From positions 3,988-67,987 of the forward strand of contig JAQTOX010000001.1 of assembly GCA_028713055.1 (NCBI GenBank): a stretch of DNA of 64,000 nucleotides, read 5' to 3'. Made by a program: the position numbers and the translations under genes. The notes beneath the pieces are model-generated. The model made no database searches, had not been told where the DNA came from, and saw only the letters and a program-made list of their open reading frames with translations. This DNA comes from Methylococcales bacterium (GTDB lineage Bacteria; Pseudomonadota; Gammaproteobacteria; Methylococcales; Methylomonadaceae). The stretch's first letter is position 1. Each line of letters begins with the position of its first letter. This document shows positions 1-8,807 of this stretch, in pieces.

Positions 1-315
1 GAATGGGTCATTGGAATGTCAATGCTCGCTGGCTTTGTCAGCTTTATAGAAAAGATGAAGCTTTTCAGAATGAAAGAATTCACATGGTGGGGCTTGTTTT
101 TCATGATTGTTGGGTTGGTTTGCGAAGCAATATCAAGTGTTTTCGTAGGGCTGATGGCGTTTGCAATTTGCGAATCTTACGGCATTGAGCAAATCACGTC
201 GGTTGCAATCGTTGGGCTTTCGGCACACATGGGTACGAGAGCCATCATGCAAATGCGTAAATTTATGTCTAAAAAATTAGGTATGGAAGAAGTAACTGAA
301 AATAGCTGGAGGTAA
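1..315 (+). CDS. Class I holin, lambda S family (5'-partial; the frame is open to the window edge)
   Basis: The C-terminal part ITSVAIVGLSAHMGTRAIMQMRKFMSKKLGMEE parallels lambda S [30 protein letters not shown]. It has hydrophobic helices and lies immediately upstream of the lysozyme. Frame +1 has no stop back to nt 1. Confidence 0.6.
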   Translation, partial: EWVIGMSMLAGFVSFIEKMKLFRMKEFTWWGLFFMIVGLVCEAISSVFVGLMAFAICESYGIEQITSVAIVGLSAHMGTRAIMQMRKFMSKKLGMEEVTENSWR

Positions 316-318
316 AAA

Positions 319-798
319 ATGAGTAAAGGAACAGTGCAATTAGGCAGACATGAAGGAATGAGAACCCGTGTTTACAAATGCTCTGAAGGGCATGACACGA
401 TTGGAAAGGGCTATAACTTGGACGCAAATCCAGTACGAATATCGAACCGAGAAATCGTAAATCTTTACAAAAACGGCATAACGGAAGAAAGAGCGGAAGA
501 GCTTTTGCTGGTGCAATGGGAAGAACTCGAACGAGATGCAATCAAGCGTTATTCATGGTTCGAGAAGCTAAATGAAGCGCGTCGAGCTGTTGTACTCAAT
601 ATGGAATTTAACGTTGGACTTCAAAAATTTCTAAATTTCAAAAAAACAATTCAGTTTATTTCGGTCGGTGATTTCGACGGTGCAGCAAAAGAAATGCTAA
701 ACAGTCGTTGGGCAGATCAAGTAGACCCAATTCGAGGTGACTTCAAAGGTCGTGCAGATGAATTGGCTTTGCAAATGAAAACAGGGGAATTTATATGA
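319..798 (+). CDS. Endolysin, GH24 (T4/lambda R-type phage lysozyme fold)
   Basis: N-terminal catalytic signature HEGMRTRVYKCSEGHDTIGKGYNL (E...D...T-I-G-x-G) and typical length (159 aa). It follows the holin. Confidence 0.85.
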   Translation: MSKGTVQLGRHEGMRTRVYKCSEGHDTIGKGYNLDANPVRISNREIVNLYKNGITEERAEELLLVQWEELERDAIKRYSWFEKLNEARRAVVLNMEFNVGLQKFLNFKKTIQFISVGDFDGAAKEMLNSRWADQVDPIRGDFKGRADELALQMKTGEFI

Positions 799-944
799 GC
801 TGGTTATTTTCAAGATTGCATGAACCATCAACAATAATGGCTTTATTTGCGATTGGTAGCGCGTTTTTTGGGCTTGATTTAACGCCTGACCAACAAGCGG
901 CTATTACGATGCTTGCTGCGGCTATTTTTGTGAGCAAGGGGTAG
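795..944 (+). CDS. Small lysis-cassette membrane protein (49 aa, not in the ORF track)
   Basis: Its ATG overlaps the lysozyme stop (ATGA). Translation is MSWLFSRLHEPSTIMALFAIGSAFFGLDLTPDQQAAITMLAAAIFVSKG. It has two hydrophobic segments, and the RLxEPST motif recurs in small proteins next to phage endolysins. Confidence 0.5.
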   Translation: MSWLFSRLHEPSTIMALFAIGSAFFGLDLTPDQQAAITMLAAAIFVSKG

Positions 945-946
945 AA

Positions 947-1135
947 ATGCAAATTATTAGTGTCATCCCAGACAAAACTGATTCTTTTTCAGTGGATACG
1001 AATCACATTACAATCAGCGGTAAAATTGCGTCAGTGCTGCAAACTGAATCATCCGATGCAATAAATTGCGTTGTTGAATTTGCGTTTAATGACTCACAAT
1101 TTAAGCTACTAAAGGCAACTTTAGCTGCAATTTAA
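947..1135 (+). CDS. Hypothetical phage protein (62 aa)
   Basis: The ORF starts 2 nt after the previous stop. No recognisable motif. Confidence 0.4.
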   Translation: MQIISVIPDKTDSFSVDTNHITISGKIASVLQTESSDAINCVVEFAFNDSQFKLLKATLAAI

Positions 1136-1456
1136 ATCTTCCAATCTAGCCGTTGGAAAATCCTCTGCCCTGTCCTCGGATGGGGGTTTTTTGTATGTGA
1201 TTTGGCGCGGTGCTACACTCGATTTTCTTAAAACATAGCAATTGAGGCTAGTCATGCGCGTTGAATTTAAAGTACAAGGCAGTGGAAAAGAACCCTATCG
1301 AGTATCTTTTTGGATTGAAGATGGGCGGTGTAAGTCGCAATGTAGCTTTTGAAGATTTGCTCAATGGCATGAAACGTAGCAATGAGGTTTTTAAAGGCGT
1401 TTTAAAAGCCTAACCTTTCACGCGCCACAAGGACGTGGCACAACAATTTTAACAAC

Positions 1457-1490
1457 AAGCCTCGATGCCGTGATGGTGTCGAGGCTTTTT
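1457..1490. terminator. Rho-independent terminator (hairpin plus T5), between convergent units
   Basis: aagcctcga (1457-1465) pairs with tcgaggctt (1479-1487), followed by a T-run to 1490. It lies 6 nt from the stop of the minus-strand gene 1496..2263. Confidence 0.65.
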
Positions 1491-1495
1491 AGCGT

Positions 1496-2263
1496 TCACA
1501 TGGCTTCTAAAACCTGCAAACATTCACACAGGATTTTAATTTGCACCGATTTATCAAAGGCAGATAGACGGCTGAAAATATCCTCTTTGGCATAGTCGGT
1601 ATATTTTTCGTCATCTTTTAAAAGTAGATCACCTGTTGAAACTGTCGATGGCAGGGCGGTAGTTGAAAATATCGAGGGCTTTGCCACACTTGAAATCATG
1701 GCGCGTGAATGCAGTGGCGGCGTTTTATCTTCACCCGAATCAATCACATGGTATTTTTTCGCATATTCCCCGCGCAATTGTGCCGCGAGTTCGTCTACTT
1801 CTTTTACGGTACGACTTCGCCCCAATGCGAAGTAATAAAGCTGTTTTGCTATATCTCGATTGCGAACTTCCGAAATAACGAATCCGACTGACGGACTAAT
1901 TCCGTTCATATCCTTAATCGCGACGCTGCCATCTTCTTTTTTTGATGTGAAATAACGCGCTAATGCCATAAAACGGTTGCGGTTTTGCTGACTATCGAGT
2001 TCGTTTAATCCAGTTTCAGTAATCCACGCTCCAAATGCCCTATCATTGCCGCCAAAGCGCAAACGCCCTTCTAGCAATAACATCCCTTTAGCAATTGCAA
2101 GGTTTCCATCTAGTATCTTGTAGTTTTGCGCCAGCTCATCATTTGAAAGGTTTTTAAGTTTTAATGCGCCTTTTAGAATCAGCGACGGCGTGTCATCATC
2201 ATCCTTTAACGCTGGCGGTTTAATTTCTCCGCGTGCTTTTGCTCGTTTGTTTATCGTAGCCAT
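1496..2263 (-). CDS. Hypothetical phage protein (255 aa); the central region is reminiscent of DUF3102-type helical DNA-binding proteins
   Basis: Long ORF, last gene of the minus-strand block. The segment LAIAKGMLLLEGRLRFGGNDRAFGAWITETGLN...NRFMALARYF resembles the DUF3102 pattern. This is a weak, by-eye assignment. Confidence 0.6.
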   Translation of the reverse strand: MATINKRAKARGEIKPPALKDDDDTPSLILKGALKLKNLSNDELAQNYKILDGNLAIAKGMLLLEGRLRFGGNDRAFGAWITETGLNELDSQQNRNRFMALARYFTSKKEDGSVAIKDMNGISPSVGFVISEVRNRDIAKQLYYFALGRSRTVKEVDELAAQLRGEYAKKYHVIDSGEDKTPPLHSRAMISSVAKPSIFSTTALPSTVSTGDLLLKDDEKYTDYAKEDIFSRLSAFDKSVQIKILCECLQVLEAM

Positions 2264-2335
2264 GTGAATCCTTTGTTATTTGAAGTCTTTGCCCTAGTCG
2301 AAAACCGTCTATGGCAGACCGTATTGTTAAAAGTT

Positions 2336-3352
2336 TTAGTGTAGCGCGTGTGTTTCGTTGTGTCGATTTATCGGCGGCATTGGTGGCGCGTAATCGTTTC
2401 GGTATTCAATCGGGGCAGATAGCCTATCGAAATCTGAAAGCTGCTTAGGTTGTGGCATGATTGACGTGTACAGCGCGTAGACTTTCGCCCGTTTTGCGTC
2501 ATCGTCACATACTGCAAAGAAGCGCATAAAATCAGCATCTTGTAAGCTATAGAAACCCCATGCCATTTTCAAGCCTTGCGATAAAAACTCGCGGATTTTG
2601 CCTTGTCCTGCTGCATTGAATAATTCCCTAGCTAGATGCCAACCTAAAATCATAATTCCAGCGCGTGCTATTGCTGATAGTTTTGGTTTTTGTTTTGGTG
2701 CTGGTGTTGGTTGTGCGGCTTGTAGTGTGGTGGTTTTTGGTTGCTCTATCATTCGCCACTCGCCACGCTCCAACATAACGCGCACTGTTTGCGTTGTAAC
2801 ATCATTAGCAAATCCGCCGCATTCAACACGATAACCCAGCGCGTTATCGTGCCGAGTTAATGTTGCCGTTTTGAAGTTTTCGGCGTTGTGAATATCTGCA
2901 AATTCAACGTCAAAGATAACCGGTAAGGGTTTTGATACACTTGAAACAGGCGAGGGATTTACGGGTGTTGAAACGGAAAAACCTTCGACGTGTACAACCT
3001 GTAAAACCTTTACCGCACTTAACAAGTGTAAAACATCGTCACGAACCGAAAGGGCAGTGCCTTGTGTGAAATGGTAGGCTGGTACTGGTTTGGTTGGTTG
3101 TTGTGGTGTTGAATCTAAATCACTAAGTAAAACCTCCTTAATTTTTTCGTCAATGTTGCACCATGCTTTTGATGCCGTCTTTCCTTCAAATCCTTTTGAT
3201 TTAACCAGTTCAACACGTTTTGACATTGGCATTAAATCCCAGTTTGTAGCGTTAATTTCAATAGTTACAACCGATTCAATAATCGGCAGTGGGTTCATTA
3301 ACAACCGTAACGGGTTCAAGTTTTGACGCGATAAAATCGGCAACTGAACCAA
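2336..3352 (-). CDS. Hypothetical phage protein (up to 338 aa; the true start is probably at internal Met 3298 or 3232)
   Basis: Long ORF. Its first 77 nt overlap the upstream gene, so a downstream ATG is more likely. No recognisable motif. Confidence 0.6.
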   Translation of the reverse strand: MVQLPILSRQNLNPLRLLMNPLPIIESVVTIEINATNWDLMPMSKRVELVKSKGFEGKTASKAWCNIDEKIKEVLLSDLDSTPQQPTKPVPAYHFTQGTALSVRDDVLHLLSAVKVLQVVHVEGFSVSTPVNPSPVSSVSKPLPVIFDVEFADIHNAENFKTATLTRHDNALGYRVECGGFANDVTTQTVRVMLERGEWRMIEQPKTTTLQAAQPTPAPKQKPKLSAIARAGIMILGWHLARELFNAAGQGKIREFLSQGLKMAWGFYSLQDADFMRFFAVCDDDAKRAKVYALYTSIMPQPKQLSDFDRLSAPIEYRNDYAPPMPPINRHNETHALH

Positions 3353-3974
3353 CTGGTAAAAATTTACTATTGATTTTTACACGTTTAATCAAGCCGTTTT
3401 CGTTTTCGTAGCGTGGATAATATGCACCGTCTTTGCCTTTAATTCCTAAACCTAATTCATCTTTGCTTGCGCTAATCAAGCATAAAACATTGGGCGCAAT
3501 ATCATTAAGGCTTTGCAATGATTCGAAATCATAAGACATAAAACCACTTTCAAAATTAACGCCATCTAACAAATAACCTTCAGCTAATTCAATAGCGGCA
3601 GCATTAACAGAAGGCAACGGTTTTATTTTGTCTTCGCCTTTTAGTGACACACTTCGCATTGCGGAGCGTTTTGATAATTTTAACCACGCACAATACAAGG
3701 ATTTTGTATCGTCAATCACTGACAATTTAAAACCATCAATCTCAAAGTTTAGGCGTGGTGATTTAACATAGACATCGCCTAACCACCCGCCATTTGTGCC
3801 GCCTGATTTTCCGCCACCAGTTATGGCGTGCATTATTTCAATAATTTGAGTGCAATTATCGGCTTTTGGACAGTGAATATGATTGATTAACGCACTAAAT
3901 ACGCGAATTGCAATAGCGTCGACTGCAGCAAAAACAGTTGATTTTTTAACGGTTGGTTTGGTTGTAGCTTTCAT
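3276..3974 (-). CDS. Hypothetical phage protein (232 aa)
   Basis: Long ORF co-directional with its neighbours. No recognisable motif. Confidence 0.6.
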   Translation of the reverse strand: MKATTKPTVKKSTVFAAVDAIAIRVFSALINHIHCPKADNCTQIIEIMHAITGGGKSGGTNGGWLGDVYVKSPRLNFEIDGFKLSVIDDTKSLYCAWLKLSKRSAMRSVSLKGEDKIKPLPSVNAAAIELAEGYLLDGVNFESGFMSYDFESLQSLNDIAPNVLCLISASKDELGLGIKGKDGAYYPRYENENGLIKRVKINSKFLPVGSVADFIASKLEPVTVVNEPTADY

Positions 3975-4068
3975 GGTTTTATCCTCGTTTGAGTGTCCTA
4001 GTTCGCTAGGTCGTTTTTTAAAGTCAGGTTATTTTAACCTTTTATTATGTATTGTCAATACAAAACAG

Positions 4069-4263
4069 TTATGACAATGATTTTACTTTGTTATCGAGTG
4101 TTTTTGTTATCCACGCGCTTAATGGTTCGCCGTTTGCTGCGTTGCAATATGCCGCCTTTTGCTCTTTTGTAACCCTAATATAAAGCGTTGAATCTTTCGT
4201 TATCTCTTTTGCTGCGTAGTTATTACCAATCATTGCATCGCGTTTTTTTGCTTGTTCTGTCAT
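4069..4263 (-). CDS. Small putative ribbon-helix-helix DNA-binding protein (64 aa from Met at 4263)
   Basis: MTEQAKKRDAMIGNNYAAKE...STLYIRVTKEQKAAYCNAANGEPLSAWITKTLD has a GNxxAxK motif followed by a beta-strand/two-helix RHH-like pattern. The annotated 91-aa ORF has an implausible hydrophobic extension. Confidence 0.5.
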   Translation of the reverse strand: MTEQAKKRDAMIGNNYAAKEITKDSTLYIRVTKEQKAAYCNAANGEPLSAWITKTLDNKVKSLS

Positions 4264-4344
4264 GTTATTTAATCCGTTGGTTTGTTTTGGTGTGTTGATT
4301 ATCGCGCATTGTTTTAGCAGTACAAAACAAATAGCAGGTAACAC

Positions 4345-4582
4345 GCCGTAAACTAAGCAACGGCGCGAAAATGACGGCGCAATCGGTGCGGGTTTCGGCA
4401 GGGCGCGTGCTTCGTGGCTCGTGGCGTGTCGATACCTTTAAAGCCGCGCCGTTTCTGGTTTCTGTGTTTTTTTGTCGTGAGACGCAGGCGGGGACCCTAG
4501 GACATTTGCGCCTAACGCAGGTAGAAATACTTTTGACATTTTGGGTGTTACCAAAATTTTCTACCCCCCCCCCCTCTTGATT
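4345..4582. other. G+C-rich non-coding spacer; candidate cos (cohesive-end) region
   Basis: About 240 nt with no credible ORF, visibly richer in G+C than the flanks. It lies directly downstream of terL. ACGCAGG is repeated at 4482-4488 and 4515-4521. Confidence 0.4.
4564..4574. repeat. C11 (G11 on the coding strand of terL) homopolymer tract
   Basis: ctaCCCCCCCCCCCtcttga, 9 nt downstream of the terL stop codon (4583-4585). Confidence 0.9.
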
Positions 4583-6406
4583 TCACCGTTGCCTAACTCT
4601 TCGCTGATAACTTGAAACTTGATTTAATATACGATATTTGCCAGCAAGCATTTTGAACGCCGCATAAGCATAAACACGACAATCTAATGCTTCATTTCGT
4701 GCGCCGTCTGGTTTAATCCATTTTTGAATGCTAAACCCACGCTGATATGTTGTTTTTAATTGTTCAACAGTAAGCTGCTCGTACCAATCAATATGACGTG
4801 TTTTCGGTATGTGCATATAACCCGCTCCTGATTCAGCTATTCCCATGCGTTGATAGATAATTGTCTTTGCTTGGTCAACACCGACTAAAATTGCGTGTCC
4901 ACCTTTGCGTTTTGACTTTAAAGCGCGACGAGTTCTATCCCGTTCATGTTCAATAACAGGGCGTTTTCCGTCCATACCGCGACTAGCATAAACATAAGTT
5001 AATCCCATTCGGTCAATGCACTCATAAACGCGGTGGGTTAAGAATCCACTATCAATTAGACACATTGAAATAGGCAACATTTCGCCATTTTCACGCTCAT
5101 AATTGCTGGTGATATACTCGCTTAATTCATGCCAAACAGCATCTTCGAGTGGATTTCCCCACAAAACTTCATACAAAATTGACCAGCTTTCTTCACACTC
5201 ATTCCATGCCACCATTTCAAACTCTAAACGGTCAGATTGAACATCAACACCAATCGTTAAAGCGACAGCTTCATTTGGTACGCGATAAAATTCCTCAGCA
5301 CGCGATTGTAATTCTGTTGGATTTGCACCTTCTAAACCGTCTTCGTCTGGTTCGCCTAAAGTAGTATTGATAAAAGTCGTTAAAAGTGCAGGGTCTTTGT
5401 AGCAGGTTAGCCATTCCTTCACTAAAGATTGCCATGATTGCATTGGACTGTAAGCCGCCCAAACATGAATTCCAAGTTTTTCAGGCATAGCGATTTGCTG
5501 GTTTTGTGAATCGTAAAACAAGCCGCCAGTGTAATAAACACCCTCATCAGTTTGCATTCTTCCACGTTCCCAAACGCGCAAATACTCATCCTGTCCATAT
5601 CCAGCACCACAACTAGGGCAATGATGTAAAACAGTTTCTGGCAAGTCTTTAGTCCAAATCATACCGCTCCACGTTAGTGGGTGAAGCACCTCACAATATG
5701 GACAAGGAATAAAAAAACGCAATTTAATCTCGTTTTTTTCGTAGCGGTCAGTCATTAAACACGCGCCGCGTTTTCGTGGCGTACTTCCGCAAATCAATTT
5801 AGGTGTTGAACTACCCGATGTTCTCTTTTTGGCTAACAATGCAGGTTCGCCCTCTGCCGTTACCTCAAATCCGCTGTACTCATCCAGCATTGCTACGTCT
5901 AAACTCAATTCTCTATAACTTCGTGCTGTCGAACCGTTCAAAATCCGTAATGTTGTGCCATTTTCAAATTGTTTTAAGCCGATAGTATTGTTAGCGCATT
6001 TCTTACCGTAACTTTTTGAAAAAATAGAACGAAATATCGGTATATCTGTCAGTGCTGCATCAACCTGTGTTTTTGAGAAATTGTTTGCTGACGTACCGCC
6101 TGCTAAATAAATTGCCTGATTACGTTTTTTTACAACTTGGTTATAAGCAATAAATGCTAACAACATTTTGCTAAAACCTACCCGTGCTGCCTTAAGAAAA
6201 TCTACTTCTTCAATTTCATCATTACCCATAATATCTAAAATTGGCGTTTGAAATGGGTAGGACTTCCACGCACCTTGGACATACGAACTACCTGAACTTA
6301 GGTAAAAACAACTGTCGGCAAATTCACTTAACGTTTGAGGAGGGTCGCGCTTAATTGAAAGTAATCCGCGCTCAATAGCTATGTTAATTAGCTCTGTTAA
6401 ACTCAT
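4583..6406 (-). CDS. Terminase large subunit, lambda gpA family
   Basis: 607 aa. The N-terminal pattern W..YPFQ..ILD.M....I..V...K.ARVGFSK is typical of Terminase_GpA. The internal Cys4 zinc-ribbon CPYC...CPSC is also typical. Its start overlaps the stop of the Nu1-like gene (ATGA). Confidence 0.85.
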   Translation of the reverse strand: MSLTELINIAIERGLLSIKRDPPQTLSEFADSCFYLSSGSSYVQGAWKSYPFQTPILDIMGNDEIEEVDFLKAARVGFSKMLLAFIAYNQVVKKRNQAIYLAGGTSANNFSKTQVDAALTDIPIFRSIFSKSYGKKCANNTIGLKQFENGTTLRILNGSTARSYRELSLDVAMLDEYSGFEVTAEGEPALLAKKRTSGSSTPKLICGSTPRKRGACLMTDRYEKNEIKLRFFIPCPYCEVLHPLTWSGMIWTKDLPETVLHHCPSCGAGYGQDEYLRVWERGRMQTDEGVYYTGGLFYDSQNQQIAMPEKLGIHVWAAYSPMQSWQSLVKEWLTCYKDPALLTTFINTTLGEPDEDGLEGANPTELQSRAEEFYRVPNEAVALTIGVDVQSDRLEFEMVAWNECEESWSILYEVLWGNPLEDAVWHELSEYITSNYERENGEMLPISMCLIDSGFLTHRVYECIDRMGLTYVYASRGMDGKRPVIEHERDRTRRALKSKRKGGHAILVGVDQAKTIIYQRMGIAESGAGYMHIPKTRHIDWYEQLTVEQLKTTYQRGFSIQKWIKPDGARNEALDCRVYAYAAFKMLAGKYRILNQVSSYQRRVRQR

Positions 6407-6969
6407 AAATCCTCTACGATAATTGCTTCGGAAATATCTTCGTCAGTGATTTTTATTTCAGAAATGGCATTTTGAACGGCGATAATCTCACGGCTAATTA
6501 TTTCTAAATCCGATACCGTTAATTTTGCTAAACGGCGTTTTAAATTGAGCGGTATCGAGGCTAATTTACCCGCAGCACTTGAACCTATTTTTGTTACGGC
6601 TAATTGTAAGGCATAAATAGGGGCAAGATTTCCCTTTTTTACTTGTACTTTCAATTCCTCACTTTCAGCACGTGCATTTGATAACCGCGTATTCGCAATG
6701 ATTTGTTTATCAGAAAGGCTAAATCCTTCTTCATCAAGATTTTTATCATCTGGTAGACCACGAATTGATTGCTCCGTTAATCGCTTAAAAATAGCATGAC
6801 GCTTTTCTTCAATCGTAGAATCTTTTAAATTAACACCAGCCGCCTTTAAGTGCCGACTAACAGATTCCGTTGAGAGAACTAATCCACCGCCTTTATCTGT
6901 CCCACATAGATGTAGCGATATTTCACGCAAGGTATGTTTTTTTACCCCCATTTTTTTATTTTCAATCAT
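6403..6969 (-). CDS. Terminase small subunit, Nu1-like (start taken at Met 6969; alternative 6951)
   Basis: RLSNARAESEELKVQVKKGNLAPI...AAGKLASIPLNLKRRLAKL parallels lambda Nu1 RLTRAQADAQELKNARDSAEVV...IAGEIASILDGLPLSVQRRFPEL. It is translationally coupled to terL. The upstream 48 codons of the track ORF are hydrophobic junk. Confidence 0.7.
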   Translation of the reverse strand: MIENKKMGVKKHTLREISLHLCGTDKGGGLVLSTESVSRHLKAAGVNLKDSTIEEKRHAIFKRLTEQSIRGLPDDKNLDEEGFSLSDKQIIANTRLSNARAESEELKVQVKKGNLAPIYALQLAVTKIGSSAAGKLASIPLNLKRRLAKLTVSDLEIISREIIAVQNAISEIKITDEDISEAIIVEDL

Positions 6970-7024
6970 GCTATAATTTTCCCAATTAAACCCACCCGAT
7001 AATGCGTGACATGGATTTATTATA

Positions 7025-7264
7025 ATGGCATTCACCCAAGCACAGATTACCAGTTTAGAAAATGCGATTGCGAGTGGTGTGTTAATCGTTGAGTTTTCAG
7101 ACGGTATCAGCAAAACAAAAACACAGTATCAATCAACTGACGCTATGCGTACTGCGCTTGCTATGATGCGTAAAGAAGTCACCGCGAGCAATGCTATTGC
7201 TAATAATTTACAGCAACCAGTTAAAGTCGTACGGCTTTATCGTACTGCGAATAATGGGCTTTAA
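7025..7264 (+). CDS. Head-tail joining (head completion) protein, gpW-like
   Basis: 79 aa, immediately upstream of the portal as in lambda. The pattern L..A..SG.....F.DG...T.Y.S...L......R.E is similar to lambda gpW. Confidence 0.55.
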   Translation: MAFTQAQITSLENAIASGVLIVEFSDGISKTKTQYQSTDAMRTALAMMRKEVTASNAIANNLQQPVKVVRLYRTANNGL

Positions 7265-7266
7265 GC

Positions 7267-8790
7267 ATGAAACGTCCCCGTTCCTTTAGTTGGAAACCAA
7301 AGAATAATCTAACCAAAATGGATGCCGACCCGCAAAGTTTAGCCTTTGATTCGGGTGGTACTGGTAAGCGTTCGCAAGATTGGGGTTATCAATCCTATTC
7401 TCCTAATTCGGCTATTTCAGAAAGCGGCAGTTTAATCGTTGAACGTTCACGCGAAGCAATCCGTAAGAATGCGTTTGTTTATCGCGCACGCTTGAATGTT
7501 ACATCCGATATGATGGGGAGCGAACTTACGCCGCACCCTATTAGTTCGGACGCAAATTTTAATGATAAAATATCAATTTTATGCGATGACCACCAGCACG
7601 ACATTGTTATAGGTGAGCAGGTTGGTTTGCAAGGTTTGTTTTTTATGGCTCTTATGGCTGAACAAACCAGTGGCGAGTGTTTTATCGTCAAAGTAAATCG
7701 CCCATTAAGTACAGACTTAACCTTACCGTATCAGGTTAAAATTCTTGAAAGCGATTTTTGTCCGCTATGGTATAACGCGGTTACTGCCAGTGGAAACATT
7801 GTTAAAAACGGAATTGAATTTAATAAAAATACAGGTGAACGTGTAGCATATTGGCTTTATATGCAGCACCCAAACGAACTAAATTTAACAGAAAGTGTTG
7901 AGTTAGTGCGTGTCCTAGAAAAAGACGTATGCCATTATTACATTCCCGACTTAGGCCGTATCGGACAAATTAGGGCTACCCCGTCAGGAGTTCAGAGTTT
8001 AGTACCTCTCCGTCAACAAGCGCAATTTGAAGATTTCGAGCTTGAAAAAGCAGCTTCAATGGCTGGTTTTGTAGGATTTATTAGGAGAGCAACCCCGCCA
8101 CCAGAAGTTCTAGATCAAATGATTGAACTTGAAAAGTATAGGGGTAAAAACAGTTCAATTTATGATACAAATTTAAGGGCGGATTCAAGTGGTGTAGCAG
8201 ATATTTCTTTAGCACCGAATACAATAAACCTTCTTGCCGACGATGAACAAGATCCAGTTTTCGCACCTGCTTACAATAGCACTGGCGGTAATGATTTTTC
8301 ACGTCGAAACGGGCATCGAACCGCAGCAGGTATGCGTGTGTCATATCACACGATGACAGGAAATTATGAAGGTTTAAATGATAGAATCTTGCGATTTGCG
8401 GCTAATGCTGACCGCAGATTACTTTCAATGCTGCTTAATCTTTTTTTCATCCCGCAAGTTGCTCGTAAAATGCACGGTTGGGCGTGTGATGCAGCGGTTT
8501 TATCGGGAAAAGTAAAAGTTACGGATTATGCTAAAAACCGTCGTGATTACACGCGCGTTGAGTTCGACCCAGAAGCGCAACCTTATCTTTTACCGCTTCA
8601 AGATTTAGGTGCAAAAAAATTAGAGCTAGAGCTTGGATTAGAGGATAAAGATACGATGAGACGAAAACGTAATCGAAATCCTATTGTAGTTGATAAGGCT
8701 CGTGCTGAAATTATGAGGCGTGAAAAAGAATTAGGTCTTGATGTGATTGGTTTGATGAATGATGTTAATAATGCAAAGGCGGCTATGTGA
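7267..8790 (+). CDS. Portal protein, lambda gpB family
   Basis: 507 aa. N-terminal pattern F.....RS.DW......PNSAI.....L..RSR...RKN.F...A of lambda-family portals. Position is between gpW and the protease. Confidence 0.8.
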   Translation: MKRPRSFSWKPKNNLTKMDADPQSLAFDSGGTGKRSQDWGYQSYSPNSAISESGSLIVERSREAIRKNAFVYRARLNVTSDMMGSELTPHPISSDANFNDKISILCDDHQHDIVIGEQVGLQGLFFMALMAEQTSGECFIVKVNRPLSTDLTLPYQVKILESDFCPLWYNAVTASGNIVKNGIEFNKNTGERVAYWLYMQHPNELNLTESVELVRVLEKDVCHYYIPDLGRIGQIRATPSGVQSLVPLRQQAQFEDFELEKAASMAGFVGFIRRATPPPEVLDQMIELEKYRGKNSSIYDTNLRADSSGVADISLAPNTINLLADDEQDPVFAPAYNSTGGNDFSRRNGHRTAAGMRVSYHTMTGNYEGLNDRILRFAANADRRLLSMLLNLFFIPQVARKMHGWACDAAVLSGKVKVTDYAKNRRDYTRVEFDPEAQPYLLPLQDLGAKKLELELGLEDKDTMRRKRNRNPIVVDKARAEIMRREKELGLDVIGLMNDVNNAKAAM

Positions 8791-8807
8791 ATAATACAGA
8801 CAAAATT

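Noticed and set aside
3-188. 61-aa ORF at the window start.
   Set aside because: It overlaps the holin frame, which has a clear lambda S-like C-terminus. The alternative translation has no recognisable features.
795-1250. I looked for Rz/Rz1-type spanins after the endolysin.
   Set aside because: There is no lipobox (L-x-x-C), no embedded or overlapping lipoprotein ORF and no ~150-aa coiled-coil i-spanin. Only two small ORFs are present.
1254-1412. Short ORF MRVEFKVQGSGKEPYRVSFWIEDGRCKSQCSF, followed in another frame by EDLLNGMKRSNEVFKGVLKA. This may be the remnant of a small SWIM zinc-finger gene.
   Set aside because: The N-terminal pattern (GSG..PY.V.....G..C) looks SWIM-like, but the CxC...CxH core is missing or frameshifted. 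I cannot verify this without a search, so I did not report it as a feature.
4371-4580. 69-aa ORF on the plus strand inside the G+C-rich spacer.
   Set aside because: The Arg/Gly/Val-rich translation is typical of a random frame in GC-rich DNA. It has no RBS and is antisense to the surrounding operon. The region is better explained as non-coding (a cos candidate).
6970-7113. The 48-codon N-terminal extension of the Nu1-like ORF in the track (start 7113).
   Set aside because: The extension is hydrophobic nonsense and overlaps the gpW gene start on the other strand. Nu1-like similarity begins after Met 6969.
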